DNA of 64,000 nt from an uncultured Candidatus Saccharibacteria bacterium (lineage in GTDB: Bacteria; Patescibacteriota; Dojkabacteria; SC72), in contig CAZULJ010000002.1 of assembly GCA_964621195.1 (NCBI GenBank), positions 83,665 through 147,664 on the forward strand, read 5' to 3'. Of this stretch, positions 50,101 through 59,346 are shown piece after piece (position 1 is the first letter of the stretch; each line of letters opens with the position of its first letter). The position numbers and the translations under genes are program-made. The notes below the pieces were generated by a model, which worked only from the letters and a program-made list of their open reading frames with translations, was not told where the DNA came from and ran no database searches.

Positions 50101-53100
50101 GGCTATCTGAATTTACTGTTGGTGTTAAAGCTGTGATATTTGAAAGTGCTGTTGTAGAAGATTGTGTTGCTGAGTAAGCTGTCTCTATGAGATCCATATT
50201 TCTTGCTTTTACTCTGAATGTATATGTAATACCTGATTGTAGTCCAGATACTGTTATTGTAGGTGTTAAACCATCTAAATGTCCCCATACTGGTGTAGGT
50301 TCAAGTAATCCTGTTGAAAGGTTTACATACATTCCTGAGTAAGTTTCCTGTAAGAGGAGCTCTGTGTGGTTGGGATTTGTTTCTTTGTTAATTTGTACAT
50401 CTATTTGTGAGCTGTTTAATGTTGTTGCATTCTCAATACTTGGGACAACTGCTAAGGTCCATGCGGCTACTTCTGAGGAGTAACTTGTTTCTTCCCCTGT
50501 ATAGTTTCGAGCTTTTACTCTAAAAGAGTACTCACTGTTTGGTTGAAGATTGATTGCAACATCTGTAGTACTTTTAACCCAATCTTGTATACCAGTGTCA
50601 CACTCCTCTATTGTGCAGTCAAAGAATATTCCAGAGTCTCCTGCTGATAGATTTTGAACTCCTGTCCCACTAAGCGAAATTGATGTTGTTGAGAGTGGTC
50701 CTGCTGTTAATGTTGGTATTGGTGCGTGAGTATATATATTTAGATCTGTGGAGTAACTTGTTTCAATATTGTCATTGTTTCTAGCTTTTACTCTGAATGT
50801 GTATCCAGTATTGTTTGTTAGTCCTGTTACATTGGCACTGTTTGTTGTTGTCCATGTATTAAGGTTTGTATCACAATCTCCCTCGCAATCAAAGTAGAGT
50901 TCTCCTCCGTTTACTGGCTGAGAGGCCAGTATCGTTATCGATGAAGAAGTTTTACTGCCTTGGTATTGTAGAGTAGGGACAGATATTAATGTGTAGACAG
51001 AATCTGTGTTTGATCCACTACTATCTGCTTCTGTATTGTAAGCTACAGCATATCTAGTATATTGTGTGTTTTCTGAAAGTGTTGTTTCATCGCAGTATGT
51101 AATGTTTTCTCCTGTACATGTCTTAACTAAGGTATTGTCCTGATCATATATCTTAATACCCTGTTCTCCATTTGCGTTATCTGTAAATGACCAACGGATC
51201 GAAGTTGTAGAAAGTGCTTGTCCAACCAAGTTAGTTGGTGTCCCTGGTAGGTCTAATGTTCTAAATGTATTTGTTGCAGACCAATTACTTACTGATCCTG
51301 ATGTATCCCAGAATCTAATTCTCCAGTAGTAAGTGGTTCCATCTTGATTAAGTGTACTACCATTGTAAGTAATTGCTGAGGATCTTAAATTGTTTATGAG
51401 ATTTGGCATAGATATTTGCCCAGAATCCCACATTACTGTTCCAGTAAAAGAGGAGTTTGTATTGACTTCTACTTCGTAGTAATTTGCAGGATCATTGTCT
51501 GCATCAGTGTGTATTGCTGTAAATGACGGAGTTAAATTTGTAAGTTGTGTCGGATTTACAAGTCCATCTGTTTGTAGAGAGGATGGAGCATCAGGTACCC
51601 TGTTCATTGTAAAAGATCCTCCGTTTGTCCAGTTACTTACAGTGTTATTGCTATCCCAGAATCTAATTCTCCAGTAATATGTTGTACCGTTTAATGTCAG
51701 TGGTACACCATTGTAAGGTATATCAGTACTTCTACTTCCACTTGCAATCGGTGTTGTAGCAATTTGCCCCGAATCCCACATTACTGTTCCAGTAAAAGAG
51801 GAATTAGTATTAACCTCTATTTCGTAGTAATTACCTGTGTCTCCATCGGGATCTGAAAAGAGTGCTGAAAATTCCGGAGTTGTGTCGATTACTCTCGTTG
51901 GAGAGAATACACCTTCGACAAATGGTGTTAGAGGAGAGTTCGGAGTTGTATTCATTCTGAAATTTGCAACTGTAGACCAGCTACTTACTGTCCCATGGTT
52001 ATCTGTAAACCTAATCCTCCAGTAATATGTTGTACCGTTTAATACTAATAGTGTCCCATTGTATGGTATATCTGGACTTTTTGTTCCGCTTGCGGTTGGT
52101 GTCATTGCTGTTTGTCCGGAAGACCACATAACGGTTCCTGTAAAGGAGGGGTTTGTATTTACATCTATTTCATAGTATACCCCCATGTCACCAATATCTA
52201 AGTCGTCAAATTCTGCACTAAATTCTGGTGTGAGATCTGTAACTCTTGTAGGATTGTTAACACCTTCTGTCAAAAGGGTTGTTGGAATGCCTGGAGTAGT
52301 GTTCATATTGAAATTCGCGGTAGAAGACCAAGATCCAACTGTACCATAGTTGTCGGTAAATCTAATTCTCCAGTAATATGTGGATCCATTTAGTGAAAGT
52401 GCCGATCCTGAATATGAGACATCAGGGCTTCTTGCTCCGATTGCAATTGAAAGCATTGGTACCTGTCCGGTGTCCCACATCACTGTTCCAGTAAATGAGG
52501 AGTTTGTATTTACCTCTATTTCGTAGTAGCTTGCGGTATTTCCAGAGTTTGGATCGTTAAAGATTGCGCTAAACTCAGGTGTAGTATCTGTTATCCCCGT
52601 AGGATTTGTTGCAGCTTCAATTAAAAGGGAAGTTGGAGCACTAGGTGCTGTATTCATGGCAAAAGTCGCTGTAGATGACCAGGACCCTACGGTCCCATGG
52701 CTATCTGTAAATCTAATTCTCCAGTAATATGTTGTACCGTTTAATGTAAGTGCGATTCCTGTATATGAAAAGTCTGGACTCCTTGAGCCTATTGCTGTTG
52801 AAACCATTGGAACTTGACCAGAGTCCCACATTACTGTTCCTGTAAAAGAGGAGTTTGTATTTACCTCTATTTCGTAGAAATCTGCAGTATTACCAGAGTT
52901 TGAATCATTAAAGATTGCACTAAATTCTGGAGTGGTATCTGTTACACCAACTGGATTTGTAGCTCCTTCTGAAAGTAGTGATGTTGGTGCTGCTGGAGCT
53001 GTGTTCATTGTGAAGTTTGCAACAGATGACCAAGTGCCTACCGCTCCATAATTATCTGTAAATCTAATTCTCCAGTAATATGTAGTTCCATTTAGTGAAA

Positions 53101-53971
53101 GTTCAGTGCCTGCATACGTGATATTTGGACTTCTAGCACCTATTGCCGTGGAAGTCATAGATACCTGTCCAGAATCCCACATGACAGTCCCGGTAAAAGA
53201 GGAATTCGTGTTTACCTCTATCTCGTAGTAAGTACCAGTATTTCCTGCATTGCTGTCATTAAAGATGGCACTAAACTCAGGTGTAGTATCAGTGACTCCT
53301 GTTGGATTCGTAGCTCCCTCTGCAAGAAGAGATGTCGGTGCTGTTGGTGCTGTGTTCACTAATACAAAGGTGGCATTAAAAGAGAGATTCGCTGTGACAT
53401 CGGTTTCAATTCTTGGGTTTGCTGTAGATCCATCGCTCCATTGTGAAAATGCATATCCACCATTTGGAACTGCAGTGACTGCTGTACCATTGCTACCTCT
53501 ACATACCGATTGAGATGTCGTTCCAGAGAGTGTTCCTCCAGCACTTGCTGTATATGTTAGGGTGTACTTTAGAAGCCAGAATGTCCATGTTGTAGTTCCA
53601 CATGATCCACATCCATCATATCTAGTACATGAGTTTGTAGTTGAAGAACAACCTGTGTTTGTTGTTGTATATCCTGATGGGGTAGAAGGTGTGCAGCTAC
53701 CACACGAGCCACAATCAGGTTCGCATATATCACAGCAGTATCCAAACCCAGCATCAAACTCACTTGCATAGCAGCTTACTCTAGATACACATCCCCCTGG
53801 TCCTGTACAAACATTTAGTGGTACATTTGCTTCACACCCACTCGGGCATGTTAATGCTTCTACAGGAGTTGATGCAAAGTTGAGAAAAAAGAGTGAAAGT
53901 AATGATACAAAGAGGGATATTCCAGAAAAAAAGAGTAATCTTCTACTATTATTAGTCTTTATCTTTATCAT
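47111..53971 (-). CDS. giant (2286 aa) secreted cell-surface protein: signal peptide, Cys-rich N-terminal region, 7 tandem 117-aa Fn3-like repeats, further diverged Ig/Fn3-like domains, C-terminal membrane-anchor module
   Basis: Single uninterrupted ORF. N-terminal signal/TM. About 20 Cys in residues 35-140 (CPSGCEANVPLNVCTGPGGC...CCDICEPDCGSCGSC). Repeats TAPxAPTSLL..GATNPTGVTDTTPEFSAIFND...YYEIEVNTNSSFTGTVMWDSGQ...YYWRIRFTD...W. C-terminal LGFRRKRFPSGYVYDSVTRAPLQQAIVRIYD ... DKIVAKRVTDENGKYSF homologous to the C-terminus of 37483..39558. Confidence 0.7.
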   Translation of the reverse strand: MIKIKTNNSRRLLFFSGISLFVSLLSLFFLNFASTPVEALTCPSGCEANVPLNVCTGPGGCVSRVSCYASEFDAGFGYCCDICEPDCGSCGSCTPSTPSGYTTTNTGCSSTTNSCTRYDGCGSCGTTTWTFWLLKYTLTYTASAGGTLSGTTSQSVCRGSNGTAVTAVPNGGYAFSQWSDGSTANPRIETDVTANLSFNATFVLVNTAPTAPTSLLAEGATNPTGVTDTTPEFSAIFNDSNAGNTGTYYEIEVNTNSSFTGTVMWDSGQVSMTSTAIGARSPNITYAGTELSLNGTTYYWRIRFTDNYGAVGTWSSVANFTMNTAPAAPTSLLSEGATNPVGVTDTTPEFSAIFNDSNSGNTADFYEIEVNTNSSFTGTVMWDSGQVPMVSTAIGSRSPDFSYTGIALTLNGTTYYWRIRFTDSHGTVGSWSSTATFAMNTAPSAPTSLLIEAATNPTGITDTTPEFSAIFNDPNSGNTASYYEIEVNTNSSFTGTVMWDTGQVPMLSIAIGARSPDVSYSGSALSLNGSTYYWRIRFTDNYGTVGSWSSTANFNMNTTPGIPTTLLTEGVNNPTRVTDLTPEFSAEFDDLDIGDMGVYYEIDVNTNPSFTGTVMWSSGQTAMTPTASGTKSPDIPYNGTLLVLNGTTYYWRIRFTDNHGTVSSWSTVANFRMNTTPNSPLTPFVEGVFSPTRVIDTTPEFSALFSDPDGDTGNYYEIEVNTNSSFTGTVMWDSGQIATTPIASGSRSTDIPYNGVPLTLNGTTYYWRIRFWDSNNTVSNWTNGGSFTMNRVPDAPSSLQTDGLVNPTQLTNLTPSFTAIHTDADNDPANYYEVEVNTNSSFTGTVMWDSGQISMPNLINNLRSSAITYNGSTLNQDGTTYYWRIRFWDTSGSVSNWSATNTFRTLDLPGTPTNLVGQALSTTSIRWSFTDNANGEQGIKIYDQDNTLVKTCTGENITYCDETTLSENTQYTRYAVAYNTEADSSGSNTDSVYTLISVPTLQYQGSKTSSSITILASQPVNGGELYFDCEGDCDTNLNTWTTTNSANVTGLTNNTGYTFRVKARNNDNIETSYSTDLNIYTHAPIPTLTAGPLSTTSISLSGTGVQNLSAGDSGIFFDCTIEECDTGIQDWVKSTTDVAINLQPNSEYSFRVKARNYTGEETSYSSEVAAWTLAVVPSIENATTLNSSQIDVQINKETNPNHTELLLQETYSGMYVNLSTGLLEPTPVWGHLDGLTPTITVSGLQSGITYTFRVKARNMDLIETAYSATQSSTTALSNITALTPTVNSDSQITWRISAYSDTVLGIKVYNESGDLLKTCLGDGITSCTEDSLQTNTTYTRKFKIYNNIAESDFSNTVQGSTFAQTPAIFDIQQGNYDAESITVKIDIKENPEVTKYLIEEKTSGLYLNSETQLLQESPYYSTYTQLGLTDGITIYGLNPNITYTFRAKAQNIDLVDTAFSGEQTVTTLSNSPSIVSVEAIDTTTVKVVVNNGGNNDTTLYNLLETISNKSVDSASLTSQTLWKTYEEIGGFTGLNIQNLSPNTLYTFCVKAKNIENIQTPCSQSLSAYTLSKTSTLTTRVTGSSSIEITVNKNGNPTNTTYQLLEVTTNGNIDNENRFTNSTVLHTDTRVTSNFTLSNLPPNTTYTFKVRTVNSDNVYSQWSENVTVTTWANTPKDLTFETIGGSTGRIKFDRNTNPSSTRFAIQEKNSGKYLDYSTQTLVDSPVWGSYTSWGGTSGIIFRNLEPGVQYSFRAKAINSSNVETNYVESNTGKTYSIIVNKPEEITTALVDNTQIDVSTIDGAQTGTQKVRVLTDEYIVADLPISFTDNRDWSNAIIKSSPSEGKSVVKINQTHGLTDKFTMYVVKKDSDNGFRICPEATTLEEVSQDCPNGVLYTGTFPQKQKVEGSDVTVSQASVSGVMYWIADGLVGTGGQGEVIITQEKETPTSTPQSSVTKVITQAVEGAITKTIESLDQTPLGNIEQEQLTTVAATTTAVTVSVSLASVLGNIGQLGYSISQVVINILSTLGFRRKRFPSGYVYDSVTRAPLQQAIVRIYDLSEKLVETSVTDGQGLFRVGLEAGDYILEVKKRNFSFPSRLIIGREDYPLSNVYHGEKIRLLENEINVVIPMDPKKDLSNQKTLTVIRSGISLILPFLNSILFLAGVTTALYVYNKESSLANLALLLLYIPTTYVLIKSFTSLGKKSGKVTYTDGTPASNITLVLKDKDFDKIVAKRVTDENGKYSFDISEKGEFVIETTDNSVKIVEGNTEIESKGKMLVSRKLKIQKI
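51030..53360 (-). repeat. in-frame coding tandem repeat, 7 copies, 351-bp period (one copy 328 bp)
   Basis: Recurring AATCTAATTCTCCAGTAATATG anchor at 53061, 52710, 52359, 52008 (variant), 51660, 51332 on the + strand; protein-level repeats more than 70% identical. Confidence 0.75.
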
Positions 53972-54519
53972 TCCTTTTTGTTAATATCTTTTCTTCTCTC
54001 GTTGTATGTACCTAAAAACCAACCTGCAACAAGAAGGATGGGAACCAATACTACAATTATTGCCGTCTTAATATCGATATCAACTCTCTCTGTAACCTCA
54101 TCTTCTTCTCCTACTGTTGTTGCAGATTTAACTTCTTTAACAGAGAGAGTAATTAACTCTTCCTTCTCTCTTTCTCCAACCTTAATCTCAACTGTATGAT
54201 CTTTCTCTTCTAAATTCTGAATACTAAAAAGTACAAACCAATTACCACTAGCATCTACCCTTGTTTCATAGGTCTGTTCTTCTATGTATATATTGATTAG
54301 TTCTTCAGGAGTTCCCAATCCAGCTATTTTTACTGTATCTTGATCGTTTACAGATATTGTCCCACTCTCTACAGAAACATTCTCATTGTTTATGGCTATG
54401 TAATCTAGATTCGGGTGTTTTGTATATGAGAGCTCTTGGGCATTAACGGTATTTATACTGAACAGGAGTAGTGTAAGGGTTAGTAGGTATGTAAAAATAT
54501 TTTTTCTTTCTTTTTGCAT
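53968..54519 (-). CDS. small bitopic membrane protein translationally coupled to the giant surface protein gene
   Basis: 183 aa. N-terminal signal/TM (FTYLLTLTLLLFSINTVNA), C-terminal TM (IIVVLVPILLVAGWFLGTY) plus basic tail. Stop overlaps the giant gene start (ATGA arrangement at 53968-53971). Confidence 0.45.
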   Translation of the reverse strand: MQKERKNIFTYLLTLTLLLFSINTVNAQELSYTKHPNLDYIAINNENVSVESGTISVNDQDTVKIAGLGTPEELINIYIEEQTYETRVDASGNWFVLFSIQNLEEKDHTVEIKVGEREKEELITLSVKEVKSATTVGEEDEVTERVDIDIKTAIIVVLVPILLVAGWFLGTYNERRKDINKKE

Positions 54520-54735
54520 TTATATATATTTAAAAAATATACAGATCTCAAAGTACAAAAAAGATACATATCCTGTAAGTAATTAGGTTGTACTTTTTTC
54601 TTGAGATTTAAAAATATTGACAGTTTTCACTAGTAATAGTTAAACAGAATTTTGTATTCGTATCAACCTTTTGTCTCTCTATCCAACTATGAGATACCTT
54701 GCAATATCCAAGAATTTTTGGTCTAATCTCTAGCA

Positions 54736-55848
54736 ATGAAAAAGATACTTATTGTAATTGGTGATGCTGGTGGGGGGCATATCTCATGTGCAAGGGCTAT
54801 GAAGGAGGCTTTTATTAAAGATTGTAAAGGGTATGACATTGAAATTGTAGATTTATTCAAGCTTTCAAAATTCACTAAATATTACGACTATTTCTATTAC
54901 TTAGTGAGTACATATCCTTTCTTTGAATTCTTCTACAATATCGGATATATGTTAATCGACAAAAGTGCATTTCTTGCAAAGATTTTGGAAATACCTACAG
55001 CGAGATCATTGTACAGACCGACGATGAAACTTCTAAAGGAGAAGAATCCAGATTTGGTTCTTACTAACAGTTGCTTGACTACACTTGTATTGAGAAAGTG
55101 CAAAAAGAAGAGAGATTTCAATTATGTAATAACGGTTTCAGATCTAATACCTGTTTCAAGATGGTGGGCTGATTCTTCTGCAGACATTATTTTCTGTCCA
55201 ACAAAGGATGCGAGTAAGAAGATAAAGGGGTATAATTCGGAGTGTAATACACAAGACTCTTACTATCCATTGAGAGAGGTTGAAAAATATTCGAAAGAGA
55301 AAAAGAGTGAGGTAAAGGAGAGGATCTTTAAAAAGTACAAACTTAAAAGGGATATTCCAACAGTTTTAATTACAGGGTGTGGTATTGCAACTAGAAATAT
55401 TGTTAAGAGTATGGAGGAATTTATAAAGGGGTCTAAGTATCAATTTTTAATTCTTACTGGTAAGGATGAAAGATTGAAAAAGTATCTAGAAAGAAAGTAT
55501 ATAGATGAGAGTAGAGTGTCTGTACTTGGTTTTACAAAAGAAATAGTGGATCTGTTTTACTCTTCGGATATTGTTTTAGCTAAACCTGGACCAGCAACTC
55601 TTCTTGAAATTGAAGAAGTTGGCAAGAGGGCGGTTTTTACAAGAGCCGTTGGGTATCAGGAGTGGGGTAATGTTGAATATTTAGAAAAGAATCCGAACTT
55701 TTCATATGTAGGTTCTAATTACAGTAGTATACCAGCCCTTCTGAAAAGTAATCTTGAAAAGCCTTCTGTGCAATTCAAGAGTACAATCCTTGGGTCTAGT
55801 GCAATTGTAAGTAAGATTAAGGAGTACTACGGACTAAACAAAAGTTAG
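54736..55848 (+). CDS. GT28 family diacylglycerol glycosyltransferase (MGDG synthase/UgtP-like glycolipid synthase)
   Basis: 370 aa. N-terminus MKKILIVIGDAGGGHISCARAMKEAF matches the MGDG_synth N-domain signature (GGGH). Confidence 0.6.
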   Translation: MKKILIVIGDAGGGHISCARAMKEAFIKDCKGYDIEIVDLFKLSKFTKYYDYFYYLVSTYPFFEFFYNIGYMLIDKSAFLAKILEIPTARSLYRPTMKLLKEKNPDLVLTNSCLTTLVLRKCKKKRDFNYVITVSDLIPVSRWWADSSADIIFCPTKDASKKIKGYNSECNTQDSYYPLREVEKYSKEKKSEVKERIFKKYKLKRDIPTVLITGCGIATRNIVKSMEEFIKGSKYQFLILTGKDERLKKYLERKYIDESRVSVLGFTKEIVDLFYSSDIVLAKPGPATLLEIEEVGKRAVFTRAVGYQEWGNVEYLEKNPNFSYVGSNYSSIPALLKSNLEKPSVQFKSTILGSSAIVSKIKEYYGLNKS

Positions 55849-57067
55849 TGCAAATCCTTTTTTACCTGCTCTTCCTGTTCTACCTATTCTATGTATGTAA
55901 TCATCGTAATTTTCTGGCATATCGTAGTTTATTACATGTGTAATATTGTTAACGTCTAAGCCTCTTGATGCTACATCTGTTGCAATTAAGATATTTATTT
56001 GGTCTTTCTTAAAGGCATCTATGATTCTTGATCTTTGTGCTTGTCTTTTATCTCCGTGTAGAGCATTTACCCTAACACCAGTTTCATACAATTTCTTTGA
56101 AAGAGATTCTGCCTCTCTTTTTGTTCTTGTAAAGATTAAGACCTTTTTAAAATCATCTTTCTTTATATATTGAGAGAGTTACTCCAAATTTGTTCTCTCC
56201 TTCTTTGAGTCTAATGACATCTTGATCTACATTCTTACCTGGAGCCTGTTTCTCTACCTCTATCCTTACTGGGTTCTTTAAAAGTGTGTTCGCAATCTCT
56301 TCTGATTTTCTATTCATAGTTGCAGAAAAGAAAAGTGATTGTCTATTTTCGTTTAAGCGGGAAGTTATATACCTAATATCGTCAATGAATACCATATCTA
56401 ACATTCTATCTACTTCATCTAATATGACATTGTTTATATCCTTTAGGTATATAGCACCCCTCTCTGAAACATCCTTTAATCTACCTGGTGTTGCAATTAC
56501 AAATGCTGGATCTCTTCTTAATATCCCAATTTGTGCTCCTATGCTATTTCCACCAATTATTAATACTGATCTAAGTCCTGTATTTCTTGCTAATTGCATA
56601 AATTCATCTTGTATTTGCATTGCAAGCTCTCTTGTTGGAACTACTATTAAAAATCTTTGAGACCTATCCTGTACACCTTTGTTTATCATTGGTATGAGGA
56701 AGGCTGCTGTTTTACCAGAGCCTGTACTTGCTAATCCTAAGATATCTTTTCCTTTTAGTATTTTTGGAATGGCTTCGTGCTGAATCTTGGTAGGGCTTGT
56801 ATACTTTTTAAAAGTAATATTCTTTTTAAGCTCCTTTACCAAGTTAAGTTCTAAAAGATTGTGATCTAATACATATATACTTGGTAGATCTTCGTATACA
56901 GCTTTTGCTATTAGCTGGTTTACATTGATCCTAGTACCTCTTCTGTTATATCCACCGCCTCTTCTGCTATTGCTATATGAGGAGCTTCTATATGAAGGTC
57001 TTCTTCTACTGTTATTTCTATTGTAACGGTCATTATGGTCGTAATTTCTTCTGGAAGTGTTTTCCAT
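55834..57067 (-). pseudogene. DEAD-box ATP-dependent RNA helicase interrupted by a frameshift near 56160-56172
   Basis: N-terminal ORF 56153..57067 carries Q-motif, Walker A ASTGSGKTAAF, PTRELA, DEVD, SAT. C-terminal ORF 55834..56091 carries ALHGD, ILIATDVASRGLD, HRIGRTGRAGKKG. Manual retranslation shows the helicase continues in the +1 frame from ...YKE as KDDFKKVLIFTRTKREAESLSKKLYETGVRV.... N-terminal 60 aa is an Arg/Ser/Asn-rich low-complexity extension. Confidence 0.75.
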
Positions 57068-57278
57068 GTAAGTAAATATTTAATTTTATTTTCAGTTCAT
57101 ATAGAGGTAACCGAAAATAAAAGATATTTAACCTTATGGATTGGGGCGATTATTTCGTTTAAATCTACATCAAACAAGAAGCTATTATAGCACAGAAGTT
57201 TCTGTTTGGCTAATTACTCCTTCTCAATACCATTTGAGTTAGCCTCTTCATAGTCTAAGTAGCCTTGGGCTAGTTCTC

Positions 57279-57521
57279 TTAACTCATTAGGATCCACATC
57301 TCTACTGTTGCAGCATTTCTACCGATTGCCTCTTCCAGTTCTTTCTCTGTTATTATTCCTTTCTTAAACATATTTATACTTCTAGAAGTTGAAGCAATTG
57401 TTCTTTTTTGTCGAACTTCTAAAGAGTCTCTTTGAGTCCTAGGGTTGCCTACATGTGTAGCTGGTTTCTGCTCACCTTGGTACCATTTCGTTCCTCCGTT
57501 TGGGTTTATTATTGTTGGCAT
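57279..57521 (-). CDS. hypothetical small protein
   Basis: 80-aa ORF. Reading is protein-like (NMFKKGIITEKELEEAIGRN) but has no recognizable motif. Confidence 0.3.
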   Translation of the reverse strand: MPTIINPNGGTKWYQGEQKPATHVGNPRTQRDSLEVRQKRTIASTSRSINMFKKGIITEKELEEAIGRNAATVEMWILMS

Positions 57522-57660
57522 ATTATTTCTTTAAACATGTTATTAGAGTACCGATTATATCAAATACCTTTTACTTATGCACTCTTTAAGAATGGGGTTT
57601 GTATCTTTTTTGTTGTGCAGTGTAATATGTATGGATATATTACTTGGTCTTGTACTGCTC

Positions 57661-58641
57661 ATGAAATTAATTACAGGTGCTACTGGTAGGATAGGGTATG
57701 TATTGGTTATGGAGTTAAATACCAAAGGAGAGAAGGTAAAGGTATTGGTTAGGGAGGGTTCTAGTAGGGAATCTTTGAAAAATTTCAATTGTGAATATAT
57801 AGAGGGGGATATATTAGATACTTCAAAATGGGAGGATGCATTGGAAGGAGTTGATACAATATTCCACCTTGCGGGGCATATAAATATATCAAGTAAGGGT
57901 AAGGATTTGACCTTTGATACAAATATTCAGGGTACTAAAAATATTGTAGATTTGTGTTTGAAAAAGGGTATCAATTTAGTATATACCTCTTCTATACATG
58001 CACTCTCTGCGCCCGAGGATGGCTCGTTGATTACAGAAGATACTCCTTCATGTGTAGAGGCTAAAGAGAAGAGAGGTTTGTATGATTGTTCCAAAGCTAT
58101 TGCTACCCAGTATGTAACAGATGCAATGAAGCACGGACTTAAGGCTATTGTTGTACATCCTACAGGTGTAATTGGTCCATATGATATCCGTCCATCTTTC
58201 TTTGGTCGGGGAATGATTGATCTTATTAAATCTGGAGCAAAGGTCACGATCGGTGGTAAATATGATTATGTTGATGTAAGAGATGTTGTAGATGGGATGC
58301 TTCGTGCTTTAGAGAAGGGAAAATTCGGAAAGAGATATATTCTCTCTGGTGAAGTATTGGATATGTTGGACTATGTTAAATATGTCAAAGAGTTTACGGG
58401 TCTCACGAATGAAACAAAAGTTTTAGGTTACACCTTAAGCTTACTGTTAGGATATATTTCATCTCTTTTGAGTAAGGAATCTCAGATTACTCCGTATAGC
58501 GTAAAGACATTGTATAGTAATTGTAATATATCTCATGAGAAGGCGACTAAGGAGCTTGGATATTCTCCGAGATCTGTTAGGGAGTCCCTTTTGGATCAAT
58601 ATAAATGGTTTAAAATTAATGGATATTTAGATGAGAAGTAG
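57661..58641 (+). CDS. NAD-dependent epimerase/dehydratase family protein (extended SDR)
   Basis: Internal ATG at 57661 gives MKLITGATGRIGYVLV (GxxGxxG). Later YDCSKA (YxxxK). 326 aa. Confidence 0.75.
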   Translation: MKLITGATGRIGYVLVMELNTKGEKVKVLVREGSSRESLKNFNCEYIEGDILDTSKWEDALEGVDTIFHLAGHINISSKGKDLTFDTNIQGTKNIVDLCLKKGINLVYTSSIHALSAPEDGSLITEDTPSCVEAKEKRGLYDCSKAIATQYVTDAMKHGLKAIVVHPTGVIGPYDIRPSFFGRGMIDLIKSGAKVTIGGKYDYVDVRDVVDGMLRALEKGKFGKRYILSGEVLDMLDYVKYVKEFTGLTNETKVLGYTLSLLLGYISSLLSKESQITPYSVKTLYSNCNISHEKATKELGYSPRSVRESLLDQYKWFKINGYLDEK

Positions 58642-59326
58642 AATAGGTATAGATATTGCAAAGATGCAAGTAGAACAGTCGAAGGCTTTTCTTTTTGACT
58701 TTGATGGTACTTTGGTAAATCTTGATAAGTTGAATGTTGATGCTTTTCATATTGTTTTCAAAGAGATGTTTAACTTGGATTTTACTAGGGAAGACTTTAT
58801 GAGGTATGTTTCTGGTAGGGGATCGGAGAATGGATTGAGAGAGTATCTTGGGGTTCATGGTGTTGTTGATTTCTCAGTAAAAGATATCAATGATCTTTTC
58901 TATGTACATAAGAATAGGTTAATAGAGGAGAGGTTGGAAGATGAGGTATATCTTCTTCCGGGCATCGTTGAATTTTTAGCTCATTTTGAAAATAGTGGTA
59001 AGAGAAATATCGTTGTGACATCGTCTAGGAAAGAGCATGTAAAAAAAATGTTAACCCATTTCGGTATATATAATAGGTTTGAAGAGGTATTTGATAGATA
59101 TACAGTTGTAAAGGGGAAGCCAGATCCAGAACCATTTGAAAGAGGTTTAAAATATCTAGGTATTGATAGGAGAGAGTGTCTTGCTTTTGAGGATTCTTTC
59201 TATGGTTTGCAATCTGCAAAGGGGGCAGAGCTGTTTACGGTGGGAATTTTAAATCCTGGTTGGAATGATGACTTTGTATATGATCTTGCCGATACTGTCG
59301 TGGAAAGCTATATCGATTTACTTTAA
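58631..59326 (+). CDS. HAD-superfamily hydrolase, subfamily IA (beta-phosphoglucomutase/phosphatase-like)
   Basis: FLFDFDGTLV (motif I DxD), TSSRKEHV (motif II), GKPDPEPF and AFEDSFYGLQSAKGAG (motifs III/IV). Confidence 0.75.
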   Translation: MRSRIGIDIAKMQVEQSKAFLFDFDGTLVNLDKLNVDAFHIVFKEMFNLDFTREDFMRYVSGRGSENGLREYLGVHGVVDFSVKDINDLFYVHKNRLIEERLEDEVYLLPGIVEFLAHFENSGKRNIVVTSSRKEHVKKMLTHFGIYNRFEEVFDRYTVVKGKPDPEPFERGLKYLGIDRRECLAFEDSFYGLQSAKGAELFTVGILNPGWNDDFVYDLADTVVESYIDLL

Positions 59327-59346
59327 TTTTTGATATCTTTGTATAT

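Noticed and set aside
57190-57521. Additional frameshift in the 80-aa ORF (alternative frame reads DVDPNELRELAQGYLDYEEANSNGIEKE after ...TVEM)
   Set aside because: Only 33 open codons in an AT-rich context, with no motif support. Recorded as a possibility, not called.
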